A stretch of 64,000 bases of DNA, from the NCBI GenBank assembly GCA_965655095.1, contig OZ296659.1, positions 4,154,001 through 4,218,000 of the forward strand. Direction: 5' to 3'. A model generated the notes under the pieces. It did not search any database. It saw only the letters and a program-made list of their open reading frames with translations, and was not told the DNA's origin. Shown here piece after piece: positions 42,575 through 54,599 of the stretch; position 1 is the stretch's first letter; every line of letters starts with the position of its first letter. Source of the stretch: Haplodiscus bocki. Taxonomy: Eukaryota. Made by a program: the position numbers and the translations under genes.

Positions 42575-43050
42575 CGTAAAAAGCCCCACTGCATGGATTG
42601 CGGACATGACCTTCGAATCGTGGTAGGAAGAGATTGATTCATGAGTCGCAGTGAGCGATTTGGAAAAGGAGCAACAACCGCCAGCCGTGACGTTGACATT
42701 GGACTATCAGAAGCGAGAGGTCGGGAAAGAACTTAGTTTGCAGGAGTTGAATGCAAAAGAAGATGGTTTGACCAAACTTCTGACAAAGCTCAAAGCCACA
42801 TTTGGTACGGAGGCCGTCGACGTGGCGTTCCACGTAACTTTTGAGTCAATACGACGTTCAGATGGTGTTGACATGAGTCCATACATTCTAGATTTCAAAA
42901 GGGCGCATGCCAGATTTGGAAACCCAATATGACAGTTCCTGACAGTGTCTTAAAACGCAAGTTACTGTTTTCCTTGAAAATCGATGCCAAAGAGCGAATG
43001 ATGGTACTTGCGAAAACGCAAACTCGAGTGCAGTATAATGAAGTTCTCAC
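42575..43050 (+). pseudogene. Ty1/copia (GalEa-like) gag relic
   Basis: TFESW*EEIDS*VAVSDLEKEQQPPAV...DGLTKLLTKLKATF...FESIRR...MSPYILDF...MTVPDSVLKRKLL resembles the gag of marine-invertebrate GalEa copia elements. Confidence 0.6.
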
Positions 43051-43149
43051 TGAAACGAATTTTCAACGATACTCCAAGCACTCTGCTAGATCAGCTAGAT
43101 CGTTTCGGTGGTGAATTGGATTACTTATTTGCGTTATTAGTGTCAAAGT

Positions 43150-46100
43150 AAAGTTGTTCTTCTCTTTCTCCCCAGTGCCTTCCTAGGCACTACTGGAGAT
43201 TGCAGTCTTATAGTTTTATCAATTGAATCCTTCTGAAATTGGTGAACATGGACCCAACAGATTTACCTCGACAACGACTAGACTCCCACTCCAAAGACTA
43301 CTTCCCCAGGGTCGCTGACATCCTGGCAAATGACGATGAAGCTGTGAAAAAACATTTAAAGTAGATGAACGAAGATTCCGTCCTGTGTGTTTTCCGTGAA
43401 ATTCTATCACAATTTCGCAAATCTAAAAAAAACGAACAATAAGTTGCTGAATTCAAAGAATAAGATGAGTGCCTTGGCGAAACAAGTTCAAGAACCTAAT
43501 GAAAACTCCGTTGAAACAATTCAAGTTACTGTACTCTCTGTTATGACAAGTGCACAGTCACAGCAAACTGCTGCCACAACTGCCCCCATCCAAAACAAAC
43601 CTGTCAAAAACCAAAATTTGTACCAGGTACGCATAGATGGTATACCTGAATCAAAATCAAACAAACGTGCAGAAATTGACCAAGACGAGGTAAAAGAATA
43701 AAACGAGGTTCTGAACTTCCTTGAAGGAACGACACCTACCGAATCGTTACCTCGAAGGCTTGGAAAAACACGACCTGATGATAACGCTCGACCGCGTAAC
43801 TTGCTTCTCACTCTGAAGTCCATTTGGGACGCTGGCAAATTAATATCCAAATCAAATAAATTGAAAGACTACGCTGGCAGAACTATCTATTCATCTCGGG
43901 GACTGACGGATGACGAAATAAACAATAACACAATTCTCCGTAAACGACGTGAGCTTGTAGAAAAAAGTGTAGAGTGGAGCAAGATAAAGATCAGATCCCT
44001 TAAACTCTTCATAGATTCAATAGAAATGGAAGAGGACACAAACCAAGTCTCCGAATGACTAACTTTAATAAACATTCTGGTACTAAATGCCCGAAGCCTT
44101 CTACGTTTTAAACGACGTCAAGCTTTTCCCAATGCCATCCTTATTTCTAATCCAAAAATTTCATTTGTGACTGAGACTTGGCTCACAACCAATTTCTCTT
44201 CATCCGAAATTTTCCTTCCACGATACACAATAATACGAGCAGAACGCACTGTTAATATTTCCTCGTCATGGCACGGAGGTGTCCTTATTGGAATATCATC
44301 TGAATTCAATTTTACAGGGCATGACTTGTCTCAGTTCCCCTCGACATTTAGCGAATCTTTCCTTTGGGTCTCCATAACAATTCAAGATAGTGATTTTAAC
44401 ATCTGTTGTCTTTACAAACTCCCTGCCGATAGCAAGTATCGTATTACTAAGAACGAACCTAATGACCTTTTTCAGCTTATTAGCATTACAAAACCCCATC
44501 AAATTTCTTATATTGTTGGAGATCTCAACCTCCCGAACATGGACTGGGAATCTCTTGGTAGCCCAGACGAATATGAAAACAAAATTGCTCAGAGTTTTTC
44601 ACTTTTATATTGGACACAACTAATTGACTTTCTTACTGTGGGAAAGAATACGTTAGACGTCGTCATCACAAACTCACCCGAATTAGTAATTTGTCTGAAA
44701 ATTTCAGAAGCTTTCAACCGCTTTGTATCAACTGACAACCGTTACTAATTTGACCACATTCCACTCTTGATTGACGTAACTTGTAAAAAAGAGGATGCAT
44801 CAAAAACCAGCATATTAAAAGCGTTCAGTTTGTGTCGTGGTGAATATTCTCTTCTACGAAACCTCATGACTGAAACCCCCTTCAACCCAAACTGCTATAG
44901 TAACATAGACGTAATGGTCGACGAATGGTATTCCTGGTTACTTGATCTTATTCAGAAAAGCGTCCGAATCAGAACAAAGCACCTACAGTCCTTACCACCT
45001 TGGATTAGTCCTTCAACATCCAACCTTATGAAAAGAAAAGAAACTGCGATAAAGAAACTGAATCGTGGCGTCCCTCCCTCACCAGATTTAATACTCAAAG
45101 TAAAAAACCTTTCGCAGAAGTTAGAAGGAGCAGTAACCACCGATAAAAGAGAATACGAAATATCGCTCTCTGACAGTCGAGATCTTGCTAAAATAATCAA
45201 ATACATCAACTTCGTTAAATCTGACGGATCAGCTCTTCCTACACTTCTAAACAATGGTAAAAGCGTTTTCACCGATAGACAGAAGGCTGACCTCCTTAAC
45301 GAAGACCTTGTATCTGTCTTTGTAAATCCAAATGGTGCTGACTCAAACCATACAAACACAATCCTCTCACAGACATGTGCTATCAGCAATTACTGCATCG
45401 AGAAAACTACGATTGCCAAAAATGGCAAAGATCTCAACACCAGAAAGAGTCGAGGACCCGATATTGTGCCGCCATTTTTTTATAAAGGGACAGCGGAGGC
45501 AATATCTTCTTCTTTACACAACACCTTGAAAAACATCAAGCGTCTTGGCAAGTACCCGACGAAACAGAAAAATGGAATTGTTTTTCCCAGATTCAAAAAA
45601 GGCAGCAAAACAGAGGTAGAAAAAATCCGACCTGTAACATTGCTGGATATTGCTTGCAAAATCCATGAGAGACGTATATACATTCCACTATATAATCATT
45701 TCACAAAGTTTGTGTCATCACAGCAATTTGGCTTTCAGTCCCGTGAAACAACCTCTATTTAACTTTTAACCTGCCTCCATCTTATTCATTTTGATAACGA
45801 CAACAGCAAAAAAACCTAATAGTCTTCGACTTTGCCAAGGCATTCAATAAAGTAAACCACAAGTTTCTTGTAACCAAACTATCATCACATGGAGTGCAAA
45901 AATCTATAATAGCAGTTATCACAGAATTTTTACAAAATCGACGCCAGGCCGTCAGAATCAATGATCAAGTTCCTCGTTTGCACGCTGTCAGTGGTGTTCC
46001 TCAAGGGTCACTTCTCGGACACCTAATTTTTCTTATTTTCATCAACGATTTAACTGATTCAATCTTCTTTCCGACTGCATACCTCTTCGCGGATGACCTA

Positions 46101-47017
46101 AAACTCTGTATTTCGACAAGTGAATCAGAGAGACTAGATCTTAGTCGAGACATCGAAGCAAATATGGAATGGATTTCGACAAACCAAATGCAATTAAACA
46201 TATCCAAATGTCAGTTCCTCCCGCTTTTATCTTCGCGTCATGAACCAATTGCACTGGATACAATAACTCTTTCTCGCCGAATAAACGATCTAGGCCTAAA
46301 AAAAAGAGTCGAACCTTAACTGGGAAACACATAAAATATTCTATTAAAAAAGCAAACAGAGCATATCAAATTGTTCGACGAAATTTCTCATCATCTCTGC
46401 CACCCAGAAGCAAACTAAATGTTTGTAAAACCTCTATACAACCTATAATTTGCTATGCCAACCAAAGCTGATGTCCATCAAAAAGTAGTGTTTTCGAACT
46501 CGAAAATTTCCATCAAAGGATAATGACATGGATTCTGCCATCCCACGATTACCAGTCCGCGTTAATTATATTAAAAGTCTTACATCTGCCTTACTATATG
46601 GTGCTAATGGACTGTCTAACATTATCCCGGATAATCAACGATTATGAACTAAATTGGCGAAGCCTCTGCAAACTAAATCAGTCAACATCCACTACAAATA
46701 CTAGAGATACCTTATTCCATCTGCACACTATCACTAAAGAGTCCCAGCGAAGCGACTTCTTTCACAGAACCTGCAAAATAGTAAACAGAATGGATAAACA
46801 TGTGAATATCAAGGACACTCGAGGACTAAAAGGCAGACTCTTGAAATGTTTATGGAAATTTTACAACGACCATTATGATATCAACAACACTTGCACGTGG
46901 TACCCAAACTCTGGTTGTGTGTCATGCAAGCTGAACCCTAAATAATTTTATTTTTTGACTTAAACATTCAATGGGATCACTCCCATTGTCAAATCCATAT
47001 TAATAACGATGATAAAA
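43150..47017 (+). mobile_element. CR1-group LINE (copy C): ORF1 about 43330-44058, ORF2 44059-46945, disrupted
   Basis: ORF1 VRIDGIPES, RLGK, RPRNLLLTL..WD, IKIRSLKLFID; ORF2 VLNARS, VTETWL, HGGVL, VGDLNLP, RPVTLL, QFGFQ, DFAKAFNKVNH, GVPQGSLLG, FADDLK; short AAT-rich tail near 46998-47017; 5' boundary approximate. Confidence 0.9.
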
Positions 47018-47029
47018 ATTTTCCATGGC

Positions 47030-48177
47030 AGTGGCTATTCTGGCCCTTCTCGTTGATCGTCAGGGCAAAAAGAAAACAATCTTGGATGTAGACGGGGCCT
47101 GATCTCCTTTGTATGCAAAAACAAGCAGCTGGAAGTTGCCATTTTCCACATATAGTTTCCCTTGTTTTTTTCGCCGCATATGTAATACGAAAGAAAAATT
47201 ATTCATTCAGTACAGTGGGCCAAATTTCTTTTTCTTTCAGTGCAAAACTGCCAACTCTTTTTATTCAAAATTAAATGACAGCAGTAGGGTTAGGAAATCA
47301 GCAATCGCAAGCAGTAGGTGTAGGGTTCGAGTCTCTGTCGCGCCAAAAACTTCTACGATTTATCCCTAACATTTTTTCGATAACCGAATTTATTGAATTA
47401 CTGATGAACTCACCTACGAACTTTTTCGGGACTGTGAAACAAGAAAATTTCGACAGAATATCTTGATGCTTCCTCCCTCCCCCCCCCCCCTCTTATCCAA
47501 ACTTTTTCAGTACCCGAAATTAATGCAACAGTAAAAGATTCCCTACGGAGAATTTTGGCACTGAGACAAAAAATTTTCGATGGAAAATTTTGATGCTCCC
47601 CTCCCCCCTCTTGTACAAAAACTTTTTCGCTACCGGAATTTTTCTGAAACACAGCACAGAAGGGTTCCTCTACGAAATTTTTTGGTATTGTGAGACAACA
47701 TTTTTGACGGAAAATCGTGATACCTTTTCGCATAAAGTACAGAAATCAGTGGTCAAATTGATGTTTGTAAAAAGTCTTTGAAAACTAATATCAAAACGGT
47801 AGTGTTTCAACCGTTTGCAAAAGTTGATCAAAATATTTGTAACTGGGCGAAAAATATGCTGGTGCTAGCCGGCCGTCTTTTTGAAATTTCAGCTGTTCAT
47901 GAAATTTAATTCTTCCGTACAAGACTTTGCGGGTGGATTGGATATTTTAATGTCGAAGTACGTCCTGCAAAATCTGGAGTCCCAGAGACCGCTTGCTTGG
48001 CTATCGAGGCGAGCTTCATATTCAGTACATGTTGATTTGTGATCGACGGATTCGCTTTCCAATGCGTGGAGTTTTGGCTCTACTTCGAGGTCATAGCAAA
48101 CGTGTCATGATTTTTGCAAATGTATCACGTCGTCGCATGTGGGTGTAACCTCCATTACCACAATGCAGGGAATGAGT
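47030..48177 (-). pseudogene. CRE-clade non-LTR retrotransposon relic (zinc knuckle plus restriction-like endonuclease), in two pieces: 47880-48177 and 47030-47160
   Basis: HSLHCGNGGYTHMR..RDTFAKIM / VCYDLEVEPKL..EARLDSQASGLWDSRFCRTYFDIKISNP, continuing after the insertion as YVENGNFQLLVFAYKG; matches the HALxCxxGG..RH..RD..EP..RxDI...FDV...VE..F.PLVF...G pattern of CRE RLE domains. Confidence 0.75.
47163..47879 (+). mobile_element. Non-autonomous Helitron-like element with a B-box-like segment and about 3 internal subrepeats of roughly 125 bp
   Basis: Colinear with the inverted copy at 48178-49236; ends in a GC-rich hairpin-like motif plus cgtctt; no TSD seen. Confidence 0.6.
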
Positions 48178-49236
48178 AACAAGACGGCCGGCTAGCACCG
48201 GCATTTTTTTCGCCCAACTACAAGTGTTTTGATCAACTGCAAACGGTTAAAAACAAAACTACTGTTTTGATATTAGTTTTCAAAGAGTTTTTACAAACAT
48301 CAATTCGACCACTAATTTCTGTACTTTATGCAAAATGGTATCACGATTTTCCGCTGAAAAGTTTTTGTCTCACAGTGCCGAAAACTTTCGTCGAGGAACC
48401 TTTCTGTTTCAGAATCTCTATCTCTCTATCTCTGGTATCGAAAAATGTTAGAGATAAGAGAGGGGGCGCGTATCACGTTTTTCCGTCAAAATTGTTTCGT
48501 CTCACAGTACCGAAAAACTTCGTAGGGGAGCCCTTCAGTGTTTCAGAAACTTTCTGGTATCGGAAAATTTTATGCTTCAGAAGGTTATGTCACGATTTTC
48601 CGTCGAAATTTTTTTCTCACAGTACCGAATCATTTCGTAGAGGAACCCTTTTCTACTTCAGAAAGTTTCGGGTATCGGAGAACTTTATGCCTAAGAAGGG
48701 AATATCACCATTTTCAATAGAAATTTTTTTGTCTCACAGTGCCGAAAATTTCCGCAGGAGAATCCTTTAGTGTTTTATTAATTTCGAGTATCGAAAATTT
48801 TCTGCTTAAGATGGTTATGTCACAATTTTCTGTCGAAAATTTTTTGTCTCACAGTGCCGAAAACTTTCGGAGGGGATTCCTTTAGTGTTTCATTAATTTC
48901 GGGTATCGAAAAAGTTTAGATAAGAGGGGGGGGGGGAGTATCAAGATTTTCCGTGGAATATTTTTTGTCTCACAGTGCCGAAACTTTTCGTAGGGGAACC
49001 CTTTAGTGTTTCACTAATTCCGGTATTCGAAAAATGTTAGGGATAAATCGAAAAATATTTGGCACGACAGTGACTCGAACCTCGAACCTACTGCTTGAGA
49101 ACCTTGTTGTCCTAAGACTACTGCTGTCATTTATTTTTGAATAAGAAGAGTTGGCTTTTTTGGTCTGAAAGAAAAAAACGAACCTACTGAATGAATAATT
49201 TTTCTTGCATATTACATAGGCGGCGAAAAATAACAA
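48178..49236 (-). mobile_element. Second copy of the same family, inverted, with about 6 tandem subrepeats of roughly 120 bp
   Basis: tctcacagt anchors at about 48367, 48500, 48615, 48733, 48847, 48968; terminus aacaagacggccggctagcaccggc. Confidence 0.65.
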
Positions 49237-51484
49237 ACATCAAAATCAACTTCCTCCTATGAGTATTTTGAGCCATACCGGCAGCGCCAACTCTGGCATT
49301 TCTCGGCTTGCTTCCGCATAATAATTGCACTTTGTGAAGTCAGCGACACACGAAAAACTCCGTGGTGGAAACACGAAAAACTCCGCATTTGGAACTCATA
49401 AAGTTGGTGAATTTATTGAACCCCGTCCTTATTGAAACTCTCCCTCGAGTGTCAGCAACTTTCAGTCGGAGCCCCTTTTCAAATATAACCGCGACTGTTA
49501 GAGGGAAACACTATATTATTGTATAGGGATAGCTGCCGCCAAATATACAAAAAGTGTGAGACTCATGCAAAAGCATAAGTAGGTTTTGTTTAAACCAAAT
49601 TAAAATGAAAATTTTCATCATATGCAAATGAAAAGACGGCTCTGGGGATTCAACAGTTCGTTTGAAGAAGCATATCATCAACCAGAAAAATAGCAGCACC
49701 ATCGGAACCGTACCTATCTCGATACAATTGCCGAACTAGCGAAAGTCTCCATTTACAAAGCATCACAATACTTATCACAATACCAGTTTTTTGGAATGCT
49801 CTACCTGAATCCCTAAAACAAGAAGAGAAATCTAAAAGGTTTCAAAACTGAAAACCCAATTTTATTGAGTGATGGCCGCTTTATGTTTCATAAAAGAAAG
49901 CGAAATACAATCAATCAATATTACGTCCCTTCATTTTCCCGTTACGAACATCAGATACTTTACTCACTTTTTTTTCAAATTCGAAAACAGAACAAACCGA
50001 AGACTTGGCAATTAGCTCACATAAATAATTCGGCAGTACTGGATAAGGGGCTGGAGGAAAAACAGCCTATAAACCCTACCCCCAGTTACATTCCAACTGC
50101 TAATGAAGACAATATTTAAGAGCTCGTTTCAGAAACCATAACCGGGAGGAGTGCTAGCTCTCTCTATCGACCCGAGGCTCAGTTCCCACATTTCACCCAA
50201 CGAAAAGAGAACAGGCTTCACACTCGATGAACAAGATAAACACTCGAGTTGAACGGTGAAACGAGATTAATGAAAACGGCTGGAAATATCAAATCACCAA
50301 CAAGCAACAGTAATATTCTTCTCGAAGCACCAATTTTTTGGCAGGTCTAGCTGCCACTTTTCGCTGCTCCACCGACCAAAGCATTAGGTTGATAGAATTC
50401 AGCAGCTGTATAAGTTTGATGATAAAGCCAAAAGTGCAATCTTCCGGAGGATGTTCCTGGAGCAGCAATTTAGATGGGAAAACAAGCGAAAAGAAGTTCA
50501 TGAACTGTCGGAATGAGATGTCAATGAGTTCCTGCGGTCGATTATCCAAAAGCTACATCAAAACAAAATCCGCCCTGAAGCATAAACCGAACCCAAAGTC
50601 CATGCGCGGCAACCTCGACAGATCGCTGACATTCAAAGATTACTGCAACAACATCTGATTGAAACTATCTGTGCTGAATAACCTCCTGCCGAAACTGACG
50701 AGCTTCGCCAGGAGCAAACGCAACACAGCTCCTGACCACAGCAACAGTCCTGAGCTTTTCTACGGCAGTTCGGTGGCGACCCATTCTTTGACTGCAGGAA
50801 GAAATAAATGAAGCACTTGATGCGACCTGCTGAAGACTGACTGTACTCATTAGATCGTTAACAGTGAGCCAGTTATACAGAATGACGTTGTGTTCCAAAA
50901 AATTCGAAAGACAACTTCCACTCGTCAGGAAAAGTGGGAACAAGGAAGCCAAGACAGACACTCATTTTTGGGGCAAAGCACAACAAAAACGAAACTGAGT
51001 CCCCGGCAATGCTTCTCGAACACCTACAGAGCAGTCGAGAACGAAGACGGCTTCAAGAAAGACACATAGGATCCTCAACACTCAGACACGAAAATGTGTA
51101 CCAAGCTGAAGACTCTCACTTAAGGCGAAGCTTCCGTGGATCACGTCAAAGAGTTCAAATAGACTTTGAGCTGAAACAGAAAAAATTCGGAGTTCCTATT
51201 TCCAGTGAGGCGCAGAAGGCGAACCCCACTGCATATCAGATAAATTGCAACAATGTCCCATCTTACACGATACCCACGAAAGACGATTGAATCGGAATTT
51301 CAGCTGCGATAGCCAGTTTCAAAAAAGGCCATAGAACTAGGCATAGAGGTTGAGGATACCATACAGTGGAGACGACGATATCAAGATCAGTGAAACCACG
51401 ACAGGAACAAAAGGAAAACAGAATGCGACAAAAAAACAGCTCTCTCAGAAATCACAAGGAGTCAGGATACCTATACTTGAAACT

Positions 51485-51796
51485 TGTCTTTCAGATTTCC
51501 ATTTTCTTGTACTTCCAATGCGCGGAGAGTGATTTTCGCTGAGCAAACAAGAGCTTCAGATGCTTGGGTCAACATCCTTTTGGCTAGATGTAATCAAACC
51601 TTTCAATCAATGATATTTTACTTTTCTGAGGTTGTTTGTGTATGCTCAGTATTATTTTTCAAAAAACAAACTCGACAAAAACATTAGTTAAACTGTTTAA
51701 AAATCATGCTTAGGTGGTTTATATATCAAGGAAATCTGAGCTGTAAAAATGATTTCAATTGTCCCCAACTTAAATAGTTTAATTCAGTACATGACA
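51485..51796 (-). mobile_element. Putative 3' LTR preceded by a polypurine tract
   Basis: Minus strand: PPT gaagggaagaac directly followed by TGTCATG...; candidate end ...AAAGACA gives TGTC/GACA termini; TATA-like gatatataaac inside. No second LTR in the window, so the end is tentative. Confidence 0.55.
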
Positions 51797-52199
51797 GTTC
51801 TTCCCTTCAAACACCTCCGGCCCGTTGAAAGAAACTATCATACCGTTCGAGGAACCCAGTGTAGTTATTTGAAGGAAGTGACTGATACGCACAACTTGAG
51901 TTGATTAAAAGGTACAAGGCAAACCCAAAGAAACCCCAAGTAAGTGGGAAGAGTCCTAAAAAAAGATAGGTTGAAGAGAAAGAAATCACCGGCACAAGCA
52001 TCCTCTTGCTCCAATTTGTCGCGTGATCTGCTCGTTACGTCGGTGTTTGTTCCAGTTCCAAGTTGGTGTTTTTGTGTTGTGTTATTTTCTGGACAGAAAC
52101 TTATTACATTTAAAACTTGCTTTTGCAAAAACATTTTTTTGAAACAAGTTTCGATGATGTATGAGTACACAAAGGCAACGTGAAGTGAATGAAGCATGA

Positions 52200-54560
52200 A
52201 TCAAGCGTTTGTGGAGGCAGAGGCCTCCTCAGGATTGAGTTGAATTGAGTTAGAAAGTTTATGATCAGACCATTGTTGCCAGACAATTTCAATTGTTCCA
52301 GAAACTGCAAGGATGACTGCAGTGAGAGAATTGGCAATGATTGAATGAGCATTGAAAAAACCGAAATATTTGAGGCAGAAGCATTTGATTTGCAAAAAAC
52401 AAAAGCGATATCCTATTTTCTGTTCAGGGGCAGGTAGAGCAGCACAGTGTTCCACCGGATCAAGAACAGTTGGATTGACAACTACCATGTCATTAGCCGC
52501 TTTCACTACATTTGGAAACAGTCGTTCAGCAGGCTGGTATTTATGATAATCAAACATGAAAATCCGATGTTTTACTGTAAAAACCGCCAAAACGGTAGCA
52601 ATCAGAAAAAAAACAACATTTTGGAAGGGAAATATCGATGGAATTTGTGAGTGAGCGAAAGTTTCGAACACTTCGTATTTTTCGCAATTGGACGTGCTTT
52701 ATCTGCAACTTGTTTGATTTCACGGATTCCCCGACAGTGTAACACTTCTTTCCGGACTTCTTTCAAAAGTTTCACTCCTGCTTCTGTTTTTGATTCTTAA
52801 AGAGGTAAATCCTCTGAAAATGGGATTTGCATGGTAAGTGATGTCAACGGAAAAGGCAATGAAATACGCAATTTGATTGCAGTAATATGAGAGCAGTTAC
52901 TTCGATCGGATGCTTTTTTGGAACTCTTCGTCATGATCTGCATACCATATTCAAGTGTGTTGAAGTAAATGCGACAACCAGAAATTGATGGCGTTTTCGA
53001 TGATGAGGATGTTGCGTGAGCATCACCAAAAACAAAGTCATCTGAAGTTGGTGTTATGAGCCGAAGCCCACAACAGGGATTTGTGGCTTGTTCGATAGAT
53101 GGTAGAAAAAAGAAGCATCAAATATTGAAAAAGCCAAAACAGAAGAGTCAAAAAACTTGGCAGCAATGCATGAAGAGTGTACTCTTTCCGTCGGAAAAAG
53201 TTCGGAGCCAATTCGGTACTTTGACGTACCGAGACAGTGTTCAAACTGGTAAAAAGATTAGACAGAAGGTTCCATTTGGTCTTCAGAGTTACCCAGAAAT
53301 GGAGCTTCAATGTTCCATAAAGGAGAGCCGATTGGGAATCATTTGGACAACACAAAGATTTCGCTTTGGCCTCAAAAAGCGTTAGAAGTGTTGGTCGAGA
53401 AACCAACGGTTTGTTAAGTGTTAACAAGAGTCGTTCTGGTACCGTTATAACCTCGTCGAGCAAACGTGAACCAAAATATGATGAAAGATTGGCCCTCGGA
53501 AAAGCATGAGAAAAGCGATCTTAAGCCTTAATTTGATGATACAACGCTGCAATTTCTCAGAGTTTTAACAGTGAATCATTAGGAATTGCCGACTTTTGTA
53601 ACTGATAACGCAAAAGAACAGGGATTGAGTTAAACGTTTTCGAAAGTCAAACGAAGCTGAATGATAGCTCTTTTAGGCAGAATGACCCAAAGTGTGGAGA
53701 GTTGACAAAGTATCAAATTTGAAATTTGCTAGCTGCTTCCGATTCGAAAGTAACATTCAATGAAAATGACGAAGACTGCGAAACTTTTGTTCAAAAGTTT
53801 TGAATTGCTTTCGGATAAGTGCCCAAGTTCGATTTGGAGTCGAAGCCATCTCGGCGTGAGTTTCATTCATTAAAGTTATTTCGTTTTTGACAAGAAAAAC
53901 TTTTTCAATCGTATTAGTGAAAATTGGTATCAAAAACTGCGTTAGGATGTCCTGGTAGTCTGAAAGACGGCGGACATTTGCTGCATTCTCTGCGGCTTTC
54001 TTATGATAACCGCAAAAAAAGACCACGGAGGCCACAGACGTCAGAACTTCCTGAAGCAAAACCTCCGCCGAACAGACCCACGGCAGCAGCAACAGCGAAG
54101 CATACACCAGCAACCCGTCCATGTCGTGTCGGTTGTAATCTGGAGGGAGGGGTGCAGAAACTTTGATGTTTCCTTGCGGATATTGTTGAGATCAGTGTGT
54201 CATCCGGGAATTTCATTGTTGATTTAAAACAAACGAAAAAAAATGAACCCAGAACAGTTTGACAAAAAATTGACTTGAAATGTTTTACTGGGTATTTTAA
54301 AAAAAGTCATGTTAGTGATTGACGGAGGGCGTTGAACTAGGTGCCTGATATCCGGTTGCATAGTGTTCTCAAAAGTAAGGAAAAAACCCGAAAACTCAAC
54401 GCGAACAAAATTCTCGTGATGAAAACTTTCCTCTGCCCGTTAAACAAATCGCTTTTCCAAGAAGTTCGGTAGGGCTGTTTGAGTGTTCGATAGTCAAGTG
54501 CCATTGATTCTGACAGAAAGTAGGAGTGGAAAACAGAAGCAGTAGACGAAACTTTTCAAG
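52200..54560 (-). pseudogene. Envelope/class I fusion glycoprotein-like gene (env), frameshifted
   Basis: Signal-like KSFVYCFCFPLLLSV at about 54556; R-x-x-R site RHGR (54126-54115) followed by hydrophobic Gly/Ala-rich VAGVCFAVAAAVGLFGGGFASG; heptad-like segment in ORF 53757-54122; Cys-containing ectodomain; TM VVFFLIATVLAVFTV at about 52617-52573 and a cytoplasmic tail. Confidence 0.7.
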
Positions 54561-54599
54561 AGTTTATCAACTATTGCTAACTCGTGAAGTACTTCAAAC

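Noticed and set aside
47280-47345. Possible tRNA gene (ggttcgagtc...gcca), also inverted near 49060-49130
   Set aside because: No cloverleaf or proper A box; embedded in a dispersed repeat
48340-49010. Regularly spaced repeats resembling a CRISPR array
   Set aside because: Whole units of about 120 bp are homologous with no unique spacers, no cas genes, eukaryotic context
49250-51480. Possible LTR or leader fragments of other retroelements (PBS-like TGGCGCTGCCGG on minus near 49280)
   Set aside because: No paired LTRs or coding motifs could be established; left unclassified
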